Origin: a virus
Lineage: Duplodnaviria > Caudoviricetes
Virus record (IMG/VR): IMGVR_UViG_2799112443_000002
Coordinates: 1,254 to 65,253 of that record
Reading direction: 5' to 3' (one strand)
DNA length: 64,000 bases
This document shows positions 9,030 to 19,529 of this stretch, piece by piece. The position numbers and the translations under genes were made by a program. Numbering within the stretch: position 1 is the first letter of the stretch; the number at the start of each line of letters is the position of its first letter. The notes beneath the pieces were generated by a model. The model saw nothing but the letters and a program-made list of their open reading frames with translations, ran no database searches and had not been told where the DNA came from.

Positions 9030-9737
9030 TCACCCCCCAACATAGTAATCATTAATCATTGCCTGGGTTTCTACGAGTGTGGCAATGTTTGCAACAAGAA
9101 CAAAATCCGCAGCCTTTTTCCCGCTGTCCGTAAGATTCCCACTGGTGTTCAACCCTGCAAAATTCCCATTCGTTGCATTTGAAACCTTATCTGCTTTTCC
9201 GTCTAATGCAGCTTGTTGCAAAGTTGATACCGGCTTATTCTCATCAGATGTATTGTCAACGTTTCCAAGTCCAACATCACTTTTGCTAATATCAAAATCA
9301 TCACTTAAAGCGTGTCCATTAATCTCTCTTGTCACAGGAACGAAATCAGATACCTTTTTCCCACTATCAGTAAGGTTCCCATTTGCATCAAGTGATGCCA
9401 AATCTCCACTGGTCGCATTGTTAACTTTATCTGCTTTTGCCTGGGATAGTTCATCAATTTCTCCTTGTAAGGTTGAACCGGAAGGAACTGTACCAAGCTT
9501 TGCAGCAACAGCATCACTGATTGGCTTGTTTGCATCAGATGTGTTGTCAACATTTCCAAGTCCAACATCACCCTTGGTAACCGTGACATCACTAGTCAAC
9601 GCATGACCATTCACCTTCCGACTATCCGGCACAGCATCGTCAAGGTTGTCCATGTTGTTGTCAATATCCGTAACAACACTGACAAAATCAGATGGTTCCG
9701 GTTTGAACAACCCACGCTTAGTTGTTTGTGTTGACAT
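9030..9737 (-). CDS. Tail-associated protein with duplicated domain
   Basis: NGHALxxD...KxDVGLGNVDNTSDxNKP and KADKV...GNLTDSGKK each occur twice. Confidence 0.75.
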   Translation of the reverse strand: MSTQTTKRGLFKPEPSDFVSVVTDIDNNMDNLDDAVPDSRKVNGHALTSDVTVTKGDVGLGNVDNTSDANKPISDAVAAKLGTVPSGSTLQGEIDELSQAKADKVNNATSGDLASLDANGNLTDSGKKVSDFVPVTREINGHALSDDFDISKSDVGLGNVDNTSDENKPVSTLQQAALDGKADKVSNATNGNFAGLNTSGNLTDSGKKAADFVLVANIATLVETQAMINDYYVGG

Positions 9738-9742
9738 TCTGT

Positions 9743-10315
9743 TTACCCCCTTTCTAATTCTGCCACTCTTTTGCGGAGATCCTGGATCTCTTTAAGCAGT
9801 GCTGGAATTAATTCCACATATGATATTGCCTTATTTGCTTCATCCTGTATGCAAATCTCTGGCATTATCTCGATAGTGTCCTCATAGATTAATCCCATTT
9901 GTTCTTTCTCACTTGTATCATAATCATATATGAATGTTACTGGCGTTAACTTGTCGAGTTTTTCTCCAACAGACATCATCCTTTGAATTCCATGTTTAAC
10001 ATATTTTGATGAATTTGAAGCAAGCGTTCCATATACTGTCCAGGTATTTTTGGATGATCCAAGTGTGCCAGATATATTAGTTGAACTTCCGTTAAGCAAA
10101 TATGTTGCACTAACATTTACTCTTGGTGGATTCAAACCATTAAGTGCAGTTATATCAAAAGAGATATCATCAATTGTTGTTCCTGGTTGCCTAATGCCAA
10201 ACGAGAAAGAACCACCGTATTTAGAATTTATAGTACTTAATACTTGAGATAAAGAATAAACAATTGGAATGTCTTGTGTCGGAAATGGAATGCCAGTTCT
10301 TCCGTACATAAGCAT
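9743..10315 (-). CDS. C-terminal part of a tail spike with an intramolecular chaperone (peptidase S74-like) domain
   Basis: SSKYVK...LTPVTFIY...MGLIYED...ISYVELIPALLKEIQDLRKRVAELE. The frame stays open upstream to ~10490 (see findings). Confidence 0.7.
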   Translation of the reverse strand: MLMYGRTGIPFPTQDIPIVYSLSQVLSTINSKYGGSFSFGIRQPGTTIDDISFDITALNGLNPPRVNVSATYLLNGSSTNISGTLGSSKNTWTVYGTLASNSSKYVKHGIQRMMSVGEKLDKLTPVTFIYDYDTSEKEQMGLIYEDTIEIMPEICIQDEANKAISYVELIPALLKEIQDLRKRVAELERG

Positions 10316-10461
10316 ACAATTCGTTTGTTGTGTTGAATTGTAATATTCCGCTATTAATCCTCTTGATTCAAGCTTCCAATTTCCTGTTTTAACGTATTTA
10401 TTTGTACTGTCTATTTTGAAATTTGTGGCATCAACATCAAGTGACCCACCAGAAGTGATAC

Positions 10462-12057
10462 TTACTTGTTTTGATCCAGTACTCCGTTTGCATCAATGGT
10501 TATCCCACTTTGTCTCTCATAAACCGTATTGTCCGTAACATCGTCCCATGTAGTGCCATTCCATTTCTTCCAGATGTTCTTTGGCGTTGATGTTCCAGAG
10601 ATAACAGATGTATCAACCCAAATAGTCCCTTTCGCAAGTCCAGTTGTTGAAGGTTGAGTTGCTGAATAAATAATATCCGGCTTACTGGCAACAGCCAAAC
10701 TGATTGCTTGTGCTGTCTGCTGCCGTGTAGAATAATTCCCTAATTCGTCCTGGATTTTTTCATAAGATTCATCAACGGTTTGGCGAACAATGTGCATCCG
10801 TCCGCCCTGAACCATCTTTGTATTGTTGTATGGGCTTACCGTTTCACGCTCGATATTTCCAGTGACCTCATAAACATCAGTGCAGCTACCATTCCAATGC
10901 AACTGCCGAACGAAAATCGGCATTCTAATGTGGCTTCCTGCATTGGTTTCAACACTAATGACATCACCAGGCTCAACAAGCCAATTGCCAACACATTCAA
11001 CTGTTGATGGGATATATGTATCGAATGCAATGAGACGATTATAAATTGGAACAAGATAGTCAGTTTCTTCAGTTGAATTAGCCGTTTTAAGAAAAGGATT
11101 GTCAACAATAAGATAAATATTTCTATCTGCGTTCGGAGGGATCAGGACCCCACTGTCTTCTTCCATTTGCCTAACATTAAGGGCATGAATTTTAAAAGGC
11201 TGCTCCATGCCTTCCATTTCTCCCCAGAGATAATCAGAAAGCTGCTCCCAGGTAAAGCCTTCCAGATCGGCCCATGTCTTTTTTAAACTGTTATTTGTGA
11301 TATAATCAATTTCAGAAATGTAAATATCAAATTCATGACTTCTTCCAACATTATAATCATCCATATGGTCATGAAACCATGTCATGACAATATGACCGCT
11401 GGAATTAATCCTGGCATAACATCCACAAGCTTCTGCAATATATGCAATAATATCTCTACAAAGAATTCCATTATTATCAAACGGCAGAGCAGTATAAGAT
11501 CTGCTCATGATATTCGAAAGCTCATCACCTGAATCATAAGTGACTCCGCAATATGTACATATGCCATGATAAAGATTCGCAACAGTAATTGGATGATCTT
11601 CGTCAACTGTCAGCGTTTTTAAGTAATCATCTGCAGGTTTGTCAAACAGACTCATTCTGTCAACAAGCATGAATTCAATAACATTGTTTAATACAGATCG
11701 TTCTGGTCGTTTCCCAATGTAATATCCAATTGTAACCCAATTAATTGTGTCAACAATCTGTACACCCATTTCAAGTTTAAATTCACCAGACCAAACAATT
11801 TTTTCCGTCTTTTCGTTTCTAAACAGAGAAACTCTTAATTCATCCATCACTGCTCTGCCCATTGTCAAATCTATATCACCATTTAAAATGGATGACAATG
11901 TAAGGCCGGAAGATTCAATGTCTTCTTCAGTAAAAACAATGGGATCGTCATGCTCACCATATGTTTGCCCGATAGCAGAGATCTTTACACTTGTCTTGTT
12001 TCCGCTCATTAAGGCAGCAATATATTCACTTGTTGTTACTCCTGTCGGCGTAAGCAT
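10462..12057 (-). CDS. Baseplate hub / tail tip protein (N-terminal part, apparently frameshifted)
   Basis: 531 aa after the distal tail gene; ends abruptly in GVLDQNK* while another frame continues as tail-like sequence. Confidence 0.65.
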   Translation of the reverse strand: MLTPTGVTTSEYIAALMSGNKTSVKISAIGQTYGEHDDPIVFTEEDIESSGLTLSSILNGDIDLTMGRAVMDELRVSLFRNEKTEKIVWSGEFKLEMGVQIVDTINWVTIGYYIGKRPERSVLNNVIEFMLVDRMSLFDKPADDYLKTLTVDEDHPITVANLYHGICTYCGVTYDSGDELSNIMSRSYTALPFDNNGILCRDIIAYIAEACGCYARINSSGHIVMTWFHDHMDDYNVGRSHEFDIYISEIDYITNNSLKKTWADLEGFTWEQLSDYLWGEMEGMEQPFKIHALNVRQMEEDSGVLIPPNADRNIYLIVDNPFLKTANSTEETDYLVPIYNRLIAFDTYIPSTVECVGNWLVEPGDVISVETNAGSHIRMPIFVRQLHWNGSCTDVYEVTGNIERETVSPYNNTKMVQGGRMHIVRQTVDESYEKIQDELGNYSTRQQTAQAISLAVASKPDIIYSATQPSTTGLAKGTIWVDTSVISGTSTPKNIWKKWNGTTWDDVTDNTVYERQSGITIDANGVLDQNK

Positions 12058-12071
12058 CTTCTTTCACCACC

Positions 12072-12497
12072 TTAATACTCAATGAATTTAAATGTGATAT
12101 CCTTGTAATAAACTACGTTCCCATCAATGTGATCAATCTGAAACTTAATATCCGGCATATAAAATGTTCCTGTTTTATATTCTCCTGTTTCCATGTCGTA
12201 GTATTCCAAATCAAGTTTCCGTTCGATAACACTTGTCCAGGCATTGCCAAGCAGACCCATGATTGCGTGAACATCCTTGTCTGTTACCACAGGTGTCTTA
12301 ACCTCTATCTTTGTAGCAGTGTGTTCTGTGGTAGTACGCACTAACAATCCTGTTACCGTTCTTTTCGCCTCGGATTCCATCCTCTGGTTTGGCGTGATAT
12401 CATACCCTTCCAGTTTGATGAATTGCATTGGGAACACAGCGCCACTGGATCCACCAATCTTAATCAGATATCCGTTATATCCTGGCATCGTCATCAA
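12072..12497 (-). CDS. Distal tail protein-like (DUF6711-like)
   Basis: Directly after the tape measure gene; size and YNGYLIKIG...FIEY pattern. Confidence 0.6.
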   Translation of the reverse strand: MMTMPGYNGYLIKIGGSSGAVFPMQFIKLEGYDITPNQRMESEAKRTVTGLLVRTTTEHTATKIEVKTPVVTDKDVHAIMGLLGNAWTSVIERKLDLEYYDMETGEYKTGTFYMPDIKFQIDHIDGNVVYYKDITFKFIEY

Positions 12498-15400
12498 CCT
12501 CCAACCATGTTAGCGTACATATCCATGCTCTGCCTTGTAATCCGTCCAAGAGCAGCGGATGCATTCAGCCGAACAGAAGTGTCTTTCTCCAGAATACTTC
12601 TAAGCAAATCGTTCTGCTGACGGAGCAAACTGTTCTGTTCGCTGTTTGCCTCCGCAACGCCACGCTGAATACCTTCGATAATCTGCTCCTGGTTAGCAAC
12701 GGATGTCCGGCCGTTGATGGAACCAACAAGTTCTGCCCCGGCTTCGTTTGCAATGAAGACATCACCACGGTCGATTCCAAAGGCACCTCCAGCATTCAAC
12801 AGATTCTTTGCCTTGGCTTTATCATTGCTGCCATTTGTCTTGGACGATCCACTCGCAACGGCTTTTGCAATATTCCCAATGTTCTGCACTGCATTCGAAA
12901 CAGCATTAACAACAGTTGCTCCTTCAATAACCGGAGTAATCGTTACAGTAGCATCAATCAGAGCAGAGATCGAAGCGGATACAGGGATATCTACGTTTAT
13001 TCCGTTCAGTTTCGCCTCGATTGAATCCGCAGCGTTTTCAACAGCATTTTCAGCAGCTTTGCCATAATCGCTTGGAGCAATAATGTCTGAAAGTTTAACC
13101 TCTCCACCGAATATACCTCTCAGTGTGTCCATGAAACCAGTAGCAATGCTTTGTTGAATCTGCACGAAGCTTTCCATCGAAACCTTTACATTGTTCATGC
13201 CTTCTGTTGGAGGAACAATGCTGTTATTTAAACTGGTTGAAAGATTGTCACCAGTTTTTGTCCCTGTTGCTGTCCCGGCTTCCGGCAAACCACTGTTGAG
13301 GATTTTGTTTTTTAAGTTTGTCAAGAACGTTCCGAAGAATCCAGGCACATCTGCACTGTTGACTCCGGTTTTGTATGAGTTTGCAGTATTTGCACCACTG
13401 TTTTTTGCGACAGTTGATGTGGAAGGATCGGAAAATTTATTTTTTATAGCATCAGTAAGTGCCTGTGCGGAACTCTTTATTGTCGGGATATTCGCTTTTA
13501 ATCCCGTGTTTAATGCATCCGTAATGTCAATGCCGGATTCTTTAACAGCACTGATAACTTCATCTGCTCCATAAGCCTGGGTAAGGCTATCAAGCAGATT
13601 CATCTTCTGTGCATCTGTAAGATTGTTCCAACCGGAAATATTAATGATGTCATTAACATTCAGTTTCAGAAGACTCTTCAATTGTTTGATGGTTGAAGTG
13701 TTCAACGTAAGGCTTGAAAGAATCATGGTTTGGAATTCTTCTGTCAGTGTGTCCCATCCACCAAGGTTGATGAACTCTTCAACGCCAATCGAAGAGATAT
13801 CAGTTCCTTTTTGCATCAGAATATCAGTTAAAAGTTGCCCGAAATCCATTCCACTGCTTTCGTATAGTGATTCAATCCATTCTTTATTGAAATCATCGCT
13901 GTTAACAGTTCCTGCATTGTTTTTAATCCACTCTGCAATGATTTCTCTGCCAGGAGCAGCAAGCTCATCAGCAAAATCATCCAGACCTTTTTCCATTCTT
14001 TTTTTTATAACTGCCAATCCTGCTTCTGCTTCTGCCAGTTGTGCTTGCAATTCTGCACTGTCTGGATTGATTGTAAGCATTTCTTTCAGAACGGCAATCA
14101 TAGTGGATTTAACTCTGTATTCTTCTTTAGTCAGTTCATCCGCAGCTTGTGTCATTTGATCTTTGTAAGAAGCATATTCAGCAAGAGCTTGATTAATATT
14201 GCTCTGATCAAGATCGCTGAGTTTTAAGTCAAAATCGATTTGTGCATTTGTAGCAAAATCCGTTCCTGCCATGATGGATGCAACCTTAGTGGTGAAATTA
14301 AGATACGTTTCAAGAAGTTCTGGCTCATTATTCACCAATTCATCGTTTTGTGCTTTTGTGAACAGATCAGCGAGTTCCTTACCAACTCTTTCCATTTCTT
14401 CTTCTATATATTTCCAGCCTTCAGAATCGGATACATACCACGCCTTTTGTTCTTCTTCAGTATCACCGATAAGTTGAGGCGTGAATTTCAACACAAGCTT
14501 CCCAGTCTGTTCTGCTTCTTCAACCCATGAAGTAATCTGCCCGATCAATCCACCAGTACCGTCAGAACCAACGATTTGTTCTTTCAGTGTGCTATAATCA
14601 TCGCTCGTTGCTAAACCAAGATTTACAACGTTAAGTGTACCAATAATAGATGAAAGAGTATTTTCAATATCCTTAGATTTTACAGTGATAGATTGAATAT
14701 TATCACTGGTAACCTTAATCATGATTTCCGGATCAACAGTGAACATATGACTACGTACATACTGATTAACTTGTTCTTCTGTCAGATGAATCAGATTATC
14801 ATCAACTTCAATTTTATTTTTTGATGTAAGTGCCTTTATTCCAAAGTATGCCAACAGAACAGCCAAAGCTACGCCACCGGAAATTGCCCATCCTGCCCCT
14901 GTCATCCAAAGTCCCAATCCAACAAGTCCGGCAGCATAGAATGCGGATTTAACAGATTCGACAGAGAAAAGTTCAACCTCGTCATCAAGAATTGCTTTGA
15001 TACCAATGGAAGCACCAAGCGTTATTAGTGCAACGCCTCCTGCCTTTTTAAGTGAAAGCATTGTACTATTGTGAAGAATTGATTTTGATACGATAAATGC
15101 TGCTGCACCAAACTTTAAGGCATTTTCAATAGAATCTATTATAGCTTTTTCACTTAATGCTTTTACATCCGTGTCCTGCATCTGTGCAGTAAGCCCTGCA
15201 ACAGCACTCAGCGTAAGAGTAATTACAGCTGCCCAGGCTCCAGCATTACCACCGATAAAATGATTTGCAATTGCCCAAGCTGCCGTAGAGCCAACAGCAG
15301 TTGTGAACAGATCGGCAATAAGCCATCCAATCTTACCCGTCTTCAGATATTCATTGTTGAACATCCAGGACAGTTGCGCTGTTATAGCAATTACTGCTCC

Positions 15401-16663
15401 AGTAGATATTAAACCAAAGAGTTGTGAAAGGATAGGAAGAGATTCAGCAAATGCATCTGCAAGTTTCCATGCAAGAATTGCTGCCCCGATAGCAATGGCA
15501 ATGCCTTCAATGGATGTAAGATTGTCTTTAATGAAATTGACAAGATCCCGAATCCATCCTTCGAATTCATACATCTCTTCGAACATGTTTTCAAAGTCAC
15601 TTACGGCTTCGGATGCTCCGCTACCACCACCACTGGATTCAGATGCAATCACATTTAATTCATCGAAAGCCGCAAGAGTTTCATTTAATCCTCCACCGCC
15701 GCTTCCAGTTTTCTCTACCGCATCTCCAAATTCAGCAACTTGGTTTGTTGCCTTTGACCAACTGCTCTGACCAGTGAGCAATGCAATCAACTGACTCACT
15801 GCATTGAAAGCAGTTGTAGCTGCGCTTGCCAATGCATTAATAACAGGCAATGCTGCAGAAATAGCAGGAGCAATGGACGCGCCCATCTGATTTTTCAATG
15901 TCGCCCAAGATGAAGAGACCTGGTCAAGGCTATTCGCATATTCAAGACTGTTAGCCTTTGCATATTCATAATAGTTACTTAGGCCTTCCTTCATGCCCTT
16001 AAATACAGCCCGCACTCCAGTACGAATTAACATAGTAGATGCAATTCGCATTATTCTGCTGAATGTTTGAAGAAACGGAATACTTTCTTTTAAAGTATTT
16101 TTGAACGTTTTTAATCCACTTGTAAATTTTGAAAAACCAGATTTCGATTTTTCTACATTTCCTTTCGCACTCGTAACATTTTTCGAAAGTTCTCCCATTG
16201 AGCTTGAAACATCACTTGCGTTTTCTTTAACACTGGACGTTGTTTCGGAAAGACCTGCCATCGAGCTACTTGCATTATTTGTCGAAGAACTAAGGTTGTC
16301 CATGGATTCCTTACATTCAACAACCCTTGAGTTAGTATTTTCCAGTTCTTCTGCAACATCGTTCGCCCCACTAACCTTTACGGTCCCGGTGCTTGTTGTA
16401 AGCTCACTTTTTAGTTCTGCAAGACTTTCTGTACTTTCGTGTATTTTTTTTGTCGATGCCTCTAACCCTGTAAACTTAATGCTTTTATTCTTTGACAAAG
16501 TCTCAAGTTCTCTGTTTAACGCAGAAAGCTTGGATGTCGTTTGCTGTACCTTTGATGACAAAGAAGTCAGGGAGTCCATTAACCGGCTCAACCCTTTTGC
16601 AGCACTATCCGCATTTGCGTTTATAGTAAGCTTCAGTGTTTCAAGGTTTGCCATGTTAATCAA
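12494..16663 (-). CDS. Tail tape measure protein
   Basis: 1389 aa, helical Ala/Ser/Leu-rich with central hydrophobic segments; canonical position. Confidence 0.9.
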   Translation of the reverse strand: MINMANLETLKLTINANADSAAKGLSRLMDSLTSLSSKVQQTTSKLSALNRELETLSKNKSIKFTGLEASTKKIHESTESLAELKSELTTSTGTVKVSGANDVAEELENTNSRVVECKESMDNLSSSTNNASSSMAGLSETTSSVKENASDVSSSMGELSKNVTSAKGNVEKSKSGFSKFTSGLKTFKNTLKESIPFLQTFSRIMRIASTMLIRTGVRAVFKGMKEGLSNYYEYAKANSLEYANSLDQVSSSWATLKNQMGASIAPAISAALPVINALASAATTAFNAVSQLIALLTGQSSWSKATNQVAEFGDAVEKTGSGGGGLNETLAAFDELNVIASESSGGGSGASEAVSDFENMFEEMYEFEGWIRDLVNFIKDNLTSIEGIAIAIGAAILAWKLADAFAESLPILSQLFGLISTGAVIAITAQLSWMFNNEYLKTGKIGWLIADLFTTAVGSTAAWAIANHFIGGNAGAWAAVITLTLSAVAGLTAQMQDTDVKALSEKAIIDSIENALKFGAAAFIVSKSILHNSTMLSLKKAGGVALITLGASIGIKAILDDEVELFSVESVKSAFYAAGLVGLGLWMTGAGWAISGGVALAVLLAYFGIKALTSKNKIEVDDNLIHLTEEQVNQYVRSHMFTVDPEIMIKVTSDNIQSITVKSKDIENTLSSIIGTLNVVNLGLATSDDYSTLKEQIVGSDGTGGLIGQITSWVEEAEQTGKLVLKFTPQLIGDTEEEQKAWYVSDSEGWKYIEEEMERVGKELADLFTKAQNDELVNNEPELLETYLNFTTKVASIMAGTDFATNAQIDFDLKLSDLDQSNINQALAEYASYKDQMTQAADELTKEEYRVKSTMIAVLKEMLTINPDSAELQAQLAEAEAGLAVIKKRMEKGLDDFADELAAPGREIIAEWIKNNAGTVNSDDFNKEWIESLYESSGMDFGQLLTDILMQKGTDISSIGVEEFINLGGWDTLTEEFQTMILSSLTLNTSTIKQLKSLLKLNVNDIINISGWNNLTDAQKMNLLDSLTQAYGADEVISAVKESGIDITDALNTGLKANIPTIKSSAQALTDAIKNKFSDPSTSTVAKNSGANTANSYKTGVNSADVPGFFGTFLTNLKNKILNSGLPEAGTATGTKTGDNLSTSLNNSIVPPTEGMNNVKVSMESFVQIQQSIATGFMDTLRGIFGGEVKLSDIIAPSDYGKAAENAVENAADSIEAKLNGINVDIPVSASISALIDATVTITPVIEGATVVNAVSNAVQNIGNIAKAVASGSSKTNGSNDKAKAKNLLNAGGAFGIDRGDVFIANEAGAELVGSINGRTSVANQEQIIEGIQRGVAEANSEQNSLLRQQNDLLRSILEKDTSVRLNASAALGRITRQSMDMYANMVGG

Positions 16664-16991
16664 CTCCCTGCTTCTTGTTCGAAAACTGCTTCAGATGATT
16701 CAGCCAGTCAATCAGTTTCTGCCGTTCCTTACGAATCTCATGTTGTTTCTCTGCTTCAGTCTTCTCGAATATATCAAGCGGCTTTTCGAGATATTTCAGT
16801 TTCCTTTTACTGAATGCGTTCCCCAATACTGTTTGGAATGCATTGGCGACGTAGATCCCATTGAGCCACAGTTCCTCATTCATCTGCCTGCGTTTAAGCA
16901 AATAGTACTGTGCGTATGTCTTTGCCATCCATGGATCTCCATACCAGAATTGGTCGTACGTCATTCCATACAGCATATATATGGGGCACAA
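16656..16991 (-). CDS. Tail assembly chaperone, frameshifted C-terminal extension (gpGT-like)
   Basis: In the -1 frame of the upstream chaperone, open from the slippery site at 17075-17081. Confidence 0.8.
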   Translation of the reverse strand: MCPIYMLYGMTYDQFWYGDPWMAKTYAQYYLLKRRQMNEELWLNGIYVANAFQTVLGNAFSKRKLKYLEKPLDIFEKTEAEKQHEIRKERQKLIDWLNHLKQFSNKKQGVD

Positions 16992-17050
16992 ATCATTAAA
17001 AACTTCTGTATAAGTAACCCGCTGTGACGGTGCCTGTTCCTCGCTGTCGC

Positions 17051-17416
17051 TTAGAACTCCACCGTCATCTTGGAGTTTTTTGCCTGCTTACCCTCCGAAT
17101 TCGTCAGTGCTTCGAACGGAGCGGCATACAATGCGCCAAGCCGTTCAGCCATACCGGACGGCATACCGCCCAGATCGTCGAACAGAATCCGGTCCGTTTT
17201 TTCCCGGGAAACGTTTTTATGATGCATGCGGAACGAATAGTAAAACAGTTCCGGAAGTTTGCTCATCGGAAACCGGCTGACATCGTCAATGTCAAATCCC
17301 CTGGCTTCCGCAAACCTGATCGTTTCTCGGTTAAATTCAAGCGTGTAGTCAATTCCATTCTCTTCGTCGTGAATAATAATGGGTTTTACCTGTTCATTGA
17401 TTTCCTTGTTTGCCAT
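17051..17416 (-). CDS. Tail assembly chaperone (gpG-like)
   Basis: Between tail tube and tape measure genes; A AAA AAC heptamer near its end. Confidence 0.8.
   Translation of the reverse strand: MANKEINEQVKPIIIHDEENGIDYTLEFNRETIRFAEARGFDIDDVSRFPMSKLPELFYYSFRMHHKNVSREKTDRILFDDLGGMPSGMAERLGALYAAPFEALTNSEGKQAKNSKMTVEF
17075..17081 (-). other. Programmed -1 frameshift slippery site A AAA AAC
   Basis: GCA AAA AAC TCC; the -1 frame reads LQDDGGVLSDSEEQAPSQRVTYTEVFNDLCPIYMLYG into the next ORF without a stop. Confidence 0.8.
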
Positions 17417-17530
17417 TGTTTTTTACCTCCCGTATCGGTTGATTCATTTATGTAATGGGCAGTAATCTGATGATACGGGCACCAGAAACGGACATGCCGC
17501 TGTCCTGCCTCATTACAAGCGGATAAATAA

Positions 17531-17992
17531 TTAGGTCGTGGACTTTGTCGCCCAGCCGGCAATCTGATTGGGAATAATATGCAGGCTAGCTTCGGCAACA
17601 GCATCGACACCCATTTCGTTGAAGCCCATCTCCGACGGGATTCCAGCAAAATAGAAGGAATCAAAATTCGGAATAGAAACTTCAAACCAGGTAGACTTTC
17701 CGGACGACCAGGCAGACGAAGCAGCGGACACCAGCGCTGCCCAGATGGTCTTCAGGGAAGCCGTCAGGTTTGCGACGACGTTAATATCATCGCCCGCGTC
17801 CATCACGCCGCTAATGTACCTTTTGTAACGATCGACCAAATTTGTTACGTCCAGTCTGGACGGCGTCAGTTCGACCGCAGGGATGCTCTTGATATCCGGA
17901 ATGTTCGTATAGCCGGACGTCGGACGAGTTCCGGCAGTTGCTTCCACCGCGTACCCCAGCTTGACACCAATCGTGTTAAACTCAAGCGCCAT
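17531..17992 (-). CDS. Major tail tube protein
   Basis: 153 aa; IPDIKSIP...LDVTNL...RYISG pattern; position. Confidence 0.8.
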   Translation of the reverse strand: MALEFNTIGVKLGYAVEATAGTRPTSGYTNIPDIKSIPAVELTPSRLDVTNLVDRYKRYISGVMDAGDDINVVANLTASLKTIWAALVSAASSAWSSGKSTWFEVSIPNFDSFYFAGIPSEMGFNEMGVDAVAEASLHIIPNQIAGWATKSTT

Positions 17993-18160
17993 ATGATCAA
18001 CTCCTTATTCGTTTTCTCGAAACATGAATCTGTTCTTCCTGAACTTCTTCATGTTTTGATTCATCTTCTTTGGGCTCCATAAGCCCGGCACAGCAACGTC
18101 CGCAATTTGCAGCGTTGTCTTCATTTTCCAAACCACAGTAAGGACACTTTTTCATGCCGC

Positions 18161-18586
18161 TTACCTCCGATACATCTGATATATGATGTTGTCTCCATCG
18201 ACGATGGCTTTCCCAACGATGACTTCCCACCTGCCGTACTGTTTGAAAATGGTTCTGGCAATGTTCATTGGTTTGTTTTTTCGTACCCGGCGAAATTTAA
18301 GGCCTTGCATAGCATCATCCACCGCTGCAAGAATTGCCTTCCCTTCTGACTTTGCAGAGTCCATGCTGTTGGCATACACGCTGACTTCATACGTAAGCCT
18401 CGTATAATTCTCCGCGCAGTCATCCGTGTTAAATCTCTGCACAGGTGTGTTATCCGTTTCCTCCACTACAACACAAGGGAAAATGGCAGTTGTCTCGTCA
18501 AAACCAGTTGTAACGTCTGCATCAGGATAGATTGCGGTAACGGCATTGAAAATCGTGTCAACGATTTTGCTTTCAATGTCAATCAA
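18161..18586 (-). CDS. Tail terminator/completion protein
   Basis: FPCVVVEE...YEVSVYA pattern; position. Confidence 0.7.
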   Translation of the reverse strand: MIDIESKIVDTIFNAVTAIYPDADVTTGFDETTAIFPCVVVEETDNTPVQRFNTDDCAENYTRLTYEVSVYANSMDSAKSEGKAILAAVDDAMQGLKFRRVRKNKPMNIARTIFKQYGRWEVIVGKAIVDGDNIIYQMYRR

Positions 18587-19088
18587 ACCGAATCACCTCC
18601 TGCGCAACCTGGACCGCATTCTCAACAATGTATGTATAAGCGTCCAGCAATCCATGTCTTGGCTCCACACTGCTCATTTTTTTGCCGCCGAATTCCCAAA
18701 AACCGCCGCCAGGATTCATGCTGTCAGTAAGGAAAAACATACCGCCATGCATGTCGCCAACATGCTCTTCCGAATAGGATCCAACATGTACCGGTACCGG
18801 AGCAGCCCCTGCAAACGGATGCTCTTCCATCGTTGCGTATCCAGCGCCGAACTCAGCTATAATGGCCTTGTCTCCGCCGCTTACATACACAATCGCTTCA
18901 TTTCCGTGTGCTTCAGACTCAGCCGAAACCATGTTTCCATATGCGCTATTTGCTACGTCTTCCGCTTCACGCGCAATGATTTCAACCGTTTCGTTTGTTT
19001 TGATCTCAAGGATATCCTTGATGGTCTGGAGCTCAATCAGTGCGGCCTCAATGGATTCCGTCGAAAGTAAAATGTCAATATTGATCAT
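18579..19088 (-). CDS. Neck / tail completion protein
   Basis: IIAEFGAG motif; position in the head-tail cluster. Confidence 0.6.
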   Translation of the reverse strand: MINIDILLSTESIEAALIELQTIKDILEIKTNETVEIIAREAEDVANSAYGNMVSAESEAHGNEAIVYVSGGDKAIIAEFGAGYATMEEHPFAGAAPVPVHVGSYSEEHVGDMHGGMFFLTDSMNPGGGFWEFGGKKMSSVEPRHGLLDAYTYIVENAVQVAQEVIRFD

Positions 19089-19504
19089 TTGACATCCACT
19101 TCCTTCAGGTAGTAAATCAGATGATTCAGTCCAGCCGTCTTGTAGACAACCTCATAGTTATGAGGAACATGTTCTTCACGCTCAACTCCGTCTTCTATGA
19201 CGGTAATTGTCGGCGTAATTCCATACCATACTCTGGACTCTTCGCTCATAGAGCATTTCATGTCCGTCGTAAAGGCTCGGTGTGTGTATCCGGTAACCAT
19301 TCCGTAAGGTTCAATGGTGGCCAGGCTTTGTGTTCCAAAACTGTTTGTTCCAAGAGAAGGCGCCACAGACATTCTCACCTTAACTGGCTCGCTGTAGGAA
19401 ACCTCCTTGTCCCCTGTTTTGAAACCATTTGCATCCTGCGCATATGTCCATCCGGTTGGATTCGCATAGTACACATCCTGCAAATTCCTCAACAGAAGCC
19501 TCAT
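19085..19504 (-). CDS. Head closure / head-tail adaptor protein
   Basis: Position and size (inference). Confidence 0.55.
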   Translation of the reverse strand: MRLLLRNLQDVYYANPTGWTYAQDANGFKTGDKEVSYSEPVKVRMSVAPSLGTNSFGTQSLATIEPYGMVTGYTHRAFTTDMKCSMSEESRVWYGITPTITVIEDGVEREEHVPHNYEVVYKTAGLNHLIYYLKEVDVK

Positions 19505-19529
19505 TCTTAACCACCAACCTTTGCGGATA

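Noticed and set aside
5066-12057. Diversity-generating retroelement acting on tail fibres
   Set aside because: No reverse transcriptase and no TR/VR pair differing at adenines; the repeats are short internal domain duplications.
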